Source of the DNA: Octopus sinensis
Lineage: Eukaryota
Assembly (NCBI RefSeq): GCF_006345805.1
Contig: NW_021829365.1
Location: 1-6,429, forward strand
Direction of reading: 5' to 3'
DNA length: 6,429 bases
Position 1 is the stretch's first letter; each line of letters starts with the position of its first letter. Under the pieces are notes generated by a model. It saw only the letters and a list, made by a program, of their open reading frames with translations, was not told the origin of the DNA and did no database searches. This document shows, piece after piece, positions 1 to 6,429 of the stretch. The position numbers were made by a program, and so were the translations under genes.

Positions 1-250
1 ATCATCATCATCATCATCATCATCATCATCGTTTAACGTCCGTTTTCCGCGCTAGCAAGCTTGGACAGTTTCGACCGGGGTCTGGGAGCTAGGGACTGCC
101 CCAGGCTCCAGTCTAGTCTGGCAGTGTTTCTACAGCTGGATGCCCTTTCTAACGCCAACCACTCCGCGAGTGTAGTGGGTTGTTTTTTACGTGCCACCTG
201 CACAGGTGCCAGAGGTCCGGCATCGGCCACGTTCGGATGGTGCTTTTTAT
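1..250 (-). mobile_element. SINE-like repeat copy A (5'-truncated, (GAT)n 3' tail runs off the window)
   Basis: (ATC)10 at 1-30 followed by gtttaacgtccgttttcc...ctggatgccctttctaacgccaaccactcc...tgtagtgggt...tttttacgtgccacc. This is homologous to the copies at 1758, 4038, 4475 and (inverted) 5085. Strand assigned by placing the simple-repeat tail at the 3' end. Confidence 0.85.
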
Positions 251-497
251 GGGGGGGGCGGGGCAGATATAGGGGAGCACCAGTGGGGGAGGGTGGTTCA
301 GAGAAATGATGACAGGTTCTTAGGCAAGTAGAACGTAGGATATCAAGAGGGCAATGCATGGTGAAATAGCGTATTGAGGAGGGGGTTCGAAGAGTAGACA
401 CCTATATGGTGGTGGGAGAAACAACTCCGGTATAGATGGAGCAAAAATATAGAGATATCCGGTATTGGTGGTGGGGTGGACAGGGGGGGTGCACGCG

Positions 498-641
498 AAT
501 ACGCAAGGTTGAAAATAGATGATAGAGCGAGACTTGGTCGGGCAGAATTAATAGAGGAGAAATTAGATACAATAGTTAGATAGATAAATAACAACAGATA
601 GAAAACCATGTATGATTGGTCGAGAAGTGAAGTGAAGTGAA
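498..641. repeat. Direct repeat copy 1 (~143 bp, ends in (GAAGT)3)
   Basis: aatacgc...gacttggtcgggcagaattaat...gattggtcgagaagtgaagtgaagtgaa recurs at 807-948 with about 8 differences by eye. Confidence 0.95.
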
Positions 642-806
642 AATAAGCATTCAAACTTATCTGTGCTCGAGATTATAGCTGCTAGGTGAATGAATGAGAG
701 AGCACATGTTGCTGCCTTAAGTAAAGAAATTGACCGGAACAGGAATTTTTGGACAAGGCGGAAGTGTATTAAGGGAACAGCTTCAAGATGGCGAAGATCG
801 ATAGAC

Positions 807-948
807 AATACGCGAGGGTTGAAATAGATATAGAGCAAGACTTGGTCGGGCAGAATTAATCGAGGGAAATTAGATACAATAGTTAGATAGATAAATAACA
901 ACAGATAGAAAAACATGTATGATTGGTCGAGAAGTGAAGTGAAGTGAA
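807..948. repeat. Direct repeat copy 2 (~142 bp)
   Basis: Near-identical to 498-641, offset ~308 bp. Ends abruptly at the (TA)n tract. Confidence 0.95.
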
Positions 949-954
949 TATATA

Positions 955-1000
<46 letters not shown>
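949..1000. repeat. (TA)n microsatellite
   Basis: Almost perfect TA run. Confidence 0.98.
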
Positions 1001-1007
<7 letters not shown>

Positions 1008-1062
1008 GTAATGCAATATGAGAGTATTGCTTTCCAGTAAAGAATAGCCCGTGAGGGAAAAT

Positions 1063-1094
1063 TATACGTAGAAGTAAATATATGGCACAACGAA
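1063..1094. repeat. Inverted repeat left arm (32 bp)
   Basis: Reverse complement ttcgttgtgccatatatttacttctacgtata matches 1690-1721 ttcgttgtgccatatatttacttctatgtata (31/32). Confidence 0.92.
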
Positions 1095-1314
1095 TATATA
1101 TAGCTATATATATATATGTACGTATATATTCATATATATACACATATTTCTATATCTGTATTAGATATGTATGTAATATATATATATATACATATTTCTA
1201 TATCTGTATTTAGAATGATGTATATATATATATATATATGTATGTATATATATATATATGTATGTATATATATATATATATATATGTATGTATATATATA
1301 TATATATATGTATG

Positions 1315-1375
<61 letters not shown>

Positions 1376-1447
1376 ATATATATTATATTCTATATCTGTA
1401 CATACATATATATTTCTATATCTGTACCTACATATATATTTCTATAT
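1095..1447. repeat. Complex (TA)n/(TATG) microsatellite with recurring ATATTTCTATATCTGTA units
   Basis: TA runs interrupted by tatg, with motif copies at 1144-1160, 1192-1208, 1385-1400, 1410-1426 and a partial copy from 1436. Confidence 0.95.
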
Positions 1448-1526
1448 ATGTTGGCTGATGAAGATAGATCAAGTATATGTGTGCAGGCATATCTTGAAAA
1501 ATCTGAAACCGGCTCCGGTCCCACAT
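1448..1526 (+). ncRNA. Type I hammerhead ribozyme (predicted cleavage after GUC, C1520)
   Basis: Stem I atgt(t)gg 1448-1454 / ccacat 1521-1526. Core CTGATGA 1455-1461. Stem II agat 1462-1465 / atct 1501-1504, extended by tcaag/cttga and atatg/catat. GAAA 1505-1508. Stem III ACCG(G) 1508-1512 / (C)CGGT 1515-1519, then C1520. All invariant core residues are present in the canonical order. Confidence 0.88.
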
Positions 1527-1689
1527 TATCCCTTTCTAGGTGTTTCATCTTTCAGATGTTCTCCCTGGAGGTAAGACAATTTTTTTCAAGTTTGTTCCAC
1601 TCACGCATTTTTGTTAGTATATACGTGGTGAAGCTATATACATTAGCGTCGTATTATTACGTTCGCTATTTTCCAGTAAATATCGGTAC

Positions 1690-1721
1690 TTCGTTGTGCC
1701 ATATATTTACTTCTATGTATA
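1690..1721. repeat. Inverted repeat right arm (32 bp)
   Basis: 31/32 match to the reverse complement of 1063-1094. Runs directly into (TA)n. Confidence 0.92.
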
Positions 1722-1757
1722 TATATATATATTTCTATACCTGTATATATGTATATA
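1722..1757. repeat. (TA)n block, probably the left part of a microsatellite split by SINE copy B
   Basis: TA run with the motif variant atatttctatacctgta (1729-1745). TA-rich sequence with the same motif resumes at ~2205. Confidence 0.75.
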
Positions 1758-2175
1758 CATCATCATCATCATCATCATTTAGCGACCGCTTTCCATGCTA
1801 GCATGGGTTGGACGGTTCAACTGGGGTCTGTGAAGCTGGAAGGCTTCGTCAGGCCCAGTCAGATCTGGCAGTGTTTCTACGGCTGGATGCCCTTCCTAAC
1901 GCCAACCACTCCGTGAGTGTAGTGGGTGCTTTTTACGTGCCACCTGCACAGGTGCCAGACAGAGCTGGCAAACGGCCACGAACGGACGGTGTTTTTACGT
2001 GTCACGGGCACGGGGCCAGGCGATGCTGGCAATGGGCACAAACGGATGGTGCTTTTACATGCCACCGACACGGGGCCAGACAGAGCTGGCAAACGGCCAC
2101 GAACGGATGGTGCTTTTACGTGTCACCAGCACGGGGGCCAGGCGAGGCTGGCAGCGGACATGAACAGATGCTTCA
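1758..2175 (-). mobile_element. SINE-like repeat copy B with four internal ~61-bp tandem units
   Basis: (CAT)7 tail 1758-1778, palindrome ccatgctagcatgg 1793-1806, conserved ctggatgcccttcctaacgccaaccactcc core, then units starting ggtg(c/t)ttttac at 1925, 1988, 2048 and 2109. Confidence 0.88.
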
Positions 2176-2204
2176 CTTAACCACTGCTTTCTGATATATG
2201 ATTT

Positions 2205-2253
2205 GATTTGGTTTGATTTTGATATTATATATATATATATTGTGTGTGGTGTG

Positions 2254-2284
<31 letters not shown>

Positions 2285-2422
2285 ATATATATTATATATA
2301 TATATGGTGTGTGTGTATCTATATTATAGAATTATATATATATATAATATATATATATATATATTTCTATATCTATATATACATATATATGAAGATATAT
2401 GTATATATTTCTATATCTATAT
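2205..2422. repeat. Complex (TA)n/(TG)n microsatellite
   Basis: TA and TG runs, with the atatttctatatctata motif at 2361-2377 and 2405-2421. Confidence 0.95.
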
Positions 2423-3120
2423 ATGGGCACCAAAGCTGCACCAATCCTTGCGAACCTCATAATGGGCTTCTTCAAACTATCACTTTATGAGATATCATTT
2501 AGAAATTTGGACACCTTTTCCACATCTACTTAATGGAAAACTGGAAAAGATACCTATATGATTGTTTCATCATATGGAAAGAATCTTATGAAAAACTTCT
2601 GGAATTCAAAACCACACTTAACAACATACATCCCAATATTCAATTCACTATGGAATTCAGCAAACATCATGTCCCTTTTCTTGATCTCTTAATTATAAAA
2701 ACGCCTAACAACTAAATCACAACTGACATCTACCACAAACCTACAGACTCACAACAATACCTCCCCTTCAGTTCATGCCACCCAAAACACACCAAGATAA
2801 ATATCCCCTTCAACTTAGCTAAAAGGATTTGCACCATTGTCTCTGATCCAACCACTTGAGAAATACGCCTTCAAGACCTCAACGAAATGCGATTACAATG
2901 CCAATATCCTTCCACACTCATAGACTATGGAATAAAACATGCCAAAGAACTAGACAATAATACACTGAAAACCACCCAACACAGTAACACACCCAACCTC
3001 AAAATACTTCCATACATTTCCACCCACAACCCCAAAAACACCAAAGCATACACCACAATCATATAAAACCTCCGCTTGCTGTCCACGAACCTGAAAATAA
3101 TATTATCAATACACATAAAA
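2423..3120 (+). pseudogene. PLE reverse transcriptase (palm C-terminal half + thumb), inactivated
   Basis: YLDD reads YLYD (TAT at 2557-2559). In-frame TAA 2713, TGA 2857, TAA 3064. Frameshift near 2530. Confidence 0.9.
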
Positions 3121-3224
3121 TCCTTAAATGCAAAAGGCAACATAAATCATTGAAAAAACTATTAACAAATGCCAAATTTCACATACCACCCCCATCAGTT
3201 AAAAGATGTGCATGCCCTAACTGG

Positions 3225-3609
3225 TACCTGCCCCTTCCTACTTGAAGGCTCTGAATTTACTTTGAAACAAGGAACAAAGTTTAAAATTAAGACCAACTTC
3301 TCTTGTTCTTCCAAGAACCTCATTTGCGTCCTTACATGCGCAGGTTGCCAACACAATTATATCGGACAGACAAGCCTTTCTTTACGCAGAAGAGTAGCAG
3401 TCAATAAAGAACAAATAAATCTCTCACAATACTGTCAAATTCCACTCAATAGCCACAAAGTCTTTTGCGCTAGAAATAAAAATCCCAAATTTCATATATT
3501 CCCTTTCTATCAATGTAAAGAGAGAATCTCTACACTAGAAAGGATGAACAAGGAGAATCTTTTTATTGAAAAATTCCAAACACTTCTTAATATGCAAACT
3601 CCACAGTGA
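3225..3609 (+). pseudogene. PLE GIY-YIG endonuclease domain, probably inactivated
   Basis: GTCPFL...CSSKNLICVLTCAGCQHNYIGQTSLSLRRRVAVNKEQI...KE..FI.KF..LN*. The GIY tyrosine reads Cys (TGC 3325-3327), YIG is at 3358-3366, and the expected His reads Asn. The annotated ORF start at 3169 is out of frame with the true upstream sequence. Confidence 0.88.
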
Positions 3610-3625
3610 CCATATTCCTTTTTCT

Positions 3626-3676
3626 AGCATCCTGTCTGACAAAAAATAGATATAAGCATCCTGTTTGACAAAAAAT
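3626..3676. repeat. 22-bp direct repeat, period 29, in the PLE 3' flank
   Basis: agcatcctgtctgacaaaaaat (3626-3647) and agcatcctgtttgacaaaaaat (3655-3676), 1 mismatch. Confidence 0.8.
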
Positions 3677-4037
3677 CCAGCATATCGTAATTAAAGAGTA
3701 TAAAATCCACAAAATTGTCTCCCTTCATTCACAGGAACTAGATAACTCCTACCCCATTTCCTGTTTTGACACATAAACATCCTCAAACAAAACACATCGA
3801 TCCTAATCCTCCAAAGAATTTTTCCGTGGAATAATATTGAACTCTAAAAGCTGAAAGGCACTGTAATGTATTGGTATACTTATTCATTAATTTTTGTATA
3901 TTTATTATTTTTTTGAAAAAACATAATAAATTTTTTTTCCCCTTCTTCAGCTTAAAAAAATTTTTCCCCACTTCTTCATCTTCAAAATAAGCCTTGCTAT
4001 GAAAGCTGGTTTGATTTCCTTTTTTAATCTTATATAT

Positions 4038-4358
4038 ATCATCATCATCATCGTTTAACATTCGTTTTCCATGCTAGCATGAATTGGACAGTTCGACCAG
4101 GGTCTGGGAAGCCAGAAGGCTGCACAAGGTTCCAGTCTGATCTGGCAGTGTTTCTACAGCTGGATGCCCTTCCTAACGCCAACCACTCCGAGAGTGTAGT
4201 GGGTGCTTTTTACGTGCCAACGGCACAGGGGCCAGAGGAGGCTGGCAAACAGCCACGATCGGTTGGTGCTTTTACATATCCCCTACACGGACGCCAGTCA
4301 GGCGGTGCTAGCAACTGCCATGTTCAGATAGTGCTTTTTATGTGCCACCGGCGACAGG
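4038..4358 (-). mobile_element. SINE-like repeat copy C
   Basis: (ATC)5 4038-4052, gtttaacattcgttttccatgctagcat..., conserved core, two full internal ~60-bp units plus the start of a third. Confidence 0.88.
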
Positions 4359-4474
4359 TTTGTTATTAAGATGTGTTGAACAGCAAGTAGAGTGCATTGC
4401 ATATGTAGTTGTGACCCTTTCTGTTTTAAATTTGAATCAACTTCCATCTTTCTAAGATCATTCAAAATAAGTAC

Positions 4475-4787
4475 CATCATCATCGTTCACCGTCCGCCCT
4501 CCATGCCAGCATGGGTTGGACGATTTTGACCGAGGGCCGGCGAACCAGATGGCTGCACCAGGCTCCAATCTTCATCTAGCAGAGCTTCCACAGCCGGATG
4601 TCCCTCCCAATGCCAACCACTCCCTGAGTGTAGTGGGTGCCTCTCACACGCCACCAGCACAGGGGCCAGTCATGCGATACTGGCAATGACCTCGCTCGAA
4701 AATTTTTACACATGCCAGTAAGGTGACGTTGGCAATGATGACACTCAAATGGTGCCCTTCCATGTGCCACTGGCACGGAAGCCAGTC
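4475..4787 (-). mobile_element. SINE-like repeat copy D (more diverged)
   Basis: catcatcatc tail, ccatgccagcatgggttggacg, ccggatgtccctcccaatgccaaccactccctgagtgtagtgggtgc, degenerate internal units. Confidence 0.82.
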
Positions 4788-5084
4788 AAATAATAATTCG
4801 GTATACTGTGTCCTAGTGCTGCAAGTTAAGAAGTAGCACAACCAACTACTTTGTGGGGAATGCGTTACAATATGTTATTGTCGTTAAAGACAATGTCTGA
4901 TGGTGCAGCAAACGAAGTCTGTATACCAGATATTCTAGGAAAGGAGTTGTACAAGATGTTCGAAAGTAGTCTCCTTCCACCTTCTCTGAATAAGCATAAA
5001 ATCCAAGAGTAGAATCAAACGAACAGGCTCTGTAGACAATGACAGAGAATCAAACATGACCAAATTTTTTATAATACTAAGCTA

Positions 5085-5371
5085 GGTCATTGCCAGTGCC
5101 ACTGGACAGGCTCCTGTGCAGGTGGCACATGAAAAGCACCACTTGAGCATGGCTGCCGCCAGTACCTCCTGACTGGCCCCCGTGCCGGTGGCATGCAAAA
5201 GCACCCACCACACTCTCGGAGTGGTTGGTGTTAGGAAGGGCATCCAGCTGTAGAAACTCTGCCAGATCAGATTGGAGTCTGGTGCAGCCATCCGGTTCAC
5301 CAGACCTCAGTCAAATCGTCCAACCCATACTAGCATGGAAAGCGGATGTCAAACGATGATGCTGATGATGA
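5085..5371 (+). mobile_element. SINE-like repeat copy E (opposite orientation to A-D)
   Basis: ggtggcacatgaaaagcacc units, cacactctcggagtggttggtgttaggaagggcatccagctgtagaaac, ccaacccatactagcatggaaagcggatgtcaaac, then an imperfect (GAT)n tail 5355-5371. Confidence 0.88.
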
Positions 5372-5435
5372 AGCTACTGGTCAAAAGACCAACAACTCCT
5401 ATGTTGTATAACTAACAAATATTATAGTAACTTGT

Positions 5436-5629
5436 TTAACCCTTTCATTACTGTATTTCTGTTAAGATGCTCTGTGTTTCTTACAATTAATTTTAAATTT
5501 TAACAAAGAATTTAGTAAAATAACTTAGTTATCATTCAGCTAGTGTTAGCAACATAAGTTGTGACTAAGGTTTGGTGGAAGATTTTAATTCTAAACTTAT
5601 GAAAACAAGACATTTTAGCCAGGTTGGTA
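5436..5629. mobile_element. Probable piggyBac-type (TTAA) MITE, right end lost at the RTE junction
   Basis: TTAA 5436-5439 immediately followed by CCCTTT, the piggyBac end signature, then an AT-rich non-coding body ending ...ggttggta. It resembles an octopus MITE from memory. The right terminal inverted repeat is not present in the window, so support is partial. Confidence 0.4.
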
Positions 5630-6155
5630 TATCTTGGGTCATACATATCATCATCTGAAAAAGATTTTCTAACTGGAAAGGGTATGGCCTGGTCAGCCTG
5701 TAATGATATGCATAAGATCTGGTCATCAAATCTGTTGGACAGGCACTTGTTTACATACTCAAAGCCACAGTCAAACCAATTCTACTATATGGCTCAGAAA
5801 CCTGGACGTTATCAAAGAAGCTTGAAAGGCGGTTAGATGGAACTTGCACTCCTTATGAGAGCTCAAAATCTCTTGTGGAAGCGTCATCCAACCAGAGTAA
5901 AAATATATGGGAAATTACCACCTGTATCATCTCTTGTGAAAGGTAGAAGAGTCCAGTTTGCTGGACATTACTGTAGAGCTGAAAATGAAGTAATTTCTAC
6001 TCTTCTCCTCTGTAAGCCATCCGCTCCTACCCTGATGAAATCTCCTGGGATACGGGCATCCAGCAACAGGACCTCCATAATGCTATGATGGACCGTGAAG
6101 TCTGGCGTAACATATAAAATTCCACTGTCTCGACCACGGTCAAACAATGAATGAA
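5630..6155 (+). mobile_element. RTE-clade non-LTR retrotransposon, 3' end of ORF (5'-truncated, frameshifted)
   Basis: YLGSYISSSEKDF..KGMAWSACNDMHKIWSSNL, then after a frameshift ATVKPILLYGSETWTLSKKLERRLDG, then LLMRAQNL.WKRHPT..IYGKLPPVS..RRVQFAGH..R, then YPDEISWDTGIQQQDLHNAMMDREVWR. Ends with a tgaatgaa tail at 6148-6155. Confidence 0.9.
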
Positions 6156-6332
6156 ATTGTTCACAACTGTATCTAATACTTCAAAAGAAACACAAGATGA
6201 CAAATACGTGAAGAAAATGAATACAGAGAAAAAACTTACCTTTTTGCTACAAAGAACTGACATCAGACATAACAGCAACCACTTGAGGGTTGACAGAAAT
6301 GCTGTTTATCATTACCAGGACGGAAGCGTTCT

Positions 6333-6334
<2 letters not shown>

Positions 6335-6377
<43 letters not shown>

Positions 6378-6429
6378 CGAATCTATCTGTATATATATGA
6401 CTGCGTATATATATATATATATATATATA
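6335..6429. repeat. (TA)n microsatellite
   Basis: TA run with an interruption atatttcgaatctatctgta (6372-6391). Confidence 0.97.

Larger units (their letters stand above)
2423..3609 (+). mobile_element. Penelope-like element relic (RT + C-terminal GIY-YIG endonuclease; probably Neptune-like), 5'-truncated and disrupted
   Basis: MGTKAAPILANLIMGFF (2423-) is the PLE RT MG..AP..ANL.M motif. Followed by RYLYDCFIIW (degenerate YxDD), HPNIQFTME..VPFLDL, TDIYHKPTD..YLPFSSCHPKH..IPFNLAKRICTIVS, a Cys-rich linker (KRC..PN[C]GTC, FSCSSKN), and NLICVLTCAGCQHNYIGQT..LRRR. Frameshifts at ~2530, ~3115 and ~3224; stops at 2713, 2857 and 3064. Confidence 0.93.

Noticed and set aside
1846-1852. Minus-strand CTGACGA (also CTGAAGA at 3944-3950)
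   Set aside because: No correctly placed GAAA and no helices. The SINE match is not conserved in the other copies.
1925-2169. Regularly spaced repeats resembling a CRISPR array
   Set aside because: Whole units are homologous (no unique spacers), they lie inside a SINE, the context is eukaryotic, and there are no cas genes.
2170-2200. Possible tRNA A-box (gcagtggttaag on the minus strand) as a SINE head
   Set aside because: Only a partial A-box, no B-box, and not seen in other copies.
961-2490. ORFs rich in [10 protein letters not shown] (e.g. 1116-1574, 1238-1801, 2203-2490, 563-1090)
   Set aside because: Translations of (TA)n/(TG)n microsatellite, which lacks stops in some frames. No protein-like features.
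2857-2859. In-frame TGA in the PLE as possible selenocysteine (as in some Naiad PLEs)
   Set aside because: Not at a conserved Cys position, likely a CGA-to-TGA change, accompanied by TAA stops and frameshifts, and the endonuclease here is C-terminal, unlike Naiad.
4790-5084. Short open frame MSDGAANEV... and a CTGATGG...CGAAA pattern
   Set aside because: About 40 codons with no recognisable domain. The hammerhead core is mutated and the stems do not close properly.
33-5300. Similar ORFs in SINE copies (e.g. DLAVFLQLDALPNANHS at 61, 1808, 4079)
   Set aside because: Similarity comes from the shared non-coding repeat, and frames and lengths are not conserved between copies.
5362-5368. CTGATGA hammerhead core match
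   Set aside because: Part of the imperfect (GAT)n SINE tail, with no stem II or GAAA.
6032-6038. CTGATGA hammerhead core match
   Set aside because: Lies in RTE coding sequence (YPDE), with no paired stem II closing onto a GAAA/stem III.
5630-6155. This RTE as the partner LINE of the SINE
   Set aside because: The 3' tails differ (tgaatgaa versus stem + (GAT)n). The only shared string is an 11-bp gggcatccagc (~6054-6064) in coding sequence, probably chance.
2925-6278. Minus-strand ORFs 2925-3143, 3783-4061, 6027-6278
   Set aside because: Antisense to PLE/RTE sequence or low-complexity AT-rich translation, with no motifs.

Overview
Eukaryotic, repeat-saturated window with no supportable host gene. 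The repeat families look like those of a coleoid cephalopod (Octopus-like); this is recognition from memory, not a database result. Contents: five copies of a (GAT)n-tailed SINE-like element with variable numbers of an internal ~60-bp unit; a decayed Penelope-like element (PLE; RT plus C-terminal GIY-YIG endonuclease, 2423-3609); a 5'-truncated RTE-clade LINE 3' end (5630-6155); a probable truncated TTAA/piggyBac-type MITE; and several complex (TA)n blocks. The most notable signal is a type I hammerhead ribozyme with an intact core (1448-1526, + strand) and an unusually long stem II. It lies in a non-coding unit linked by a 32-bp inverted repeat to an adjacent segment carrying ~143-bp direct repeats. 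Once one SINE insertion is removed, this unit is separated from the PLE relic only by microsatellite. Together these suggest a candidate ribozyme-bearing, microsatellite-embedded, non-autonomous PLE/retrozyme-like family. Apart from the PLE and RTE fragments, the listed ORFs are artefacts of microsatellites, SINEs or antisense frames.
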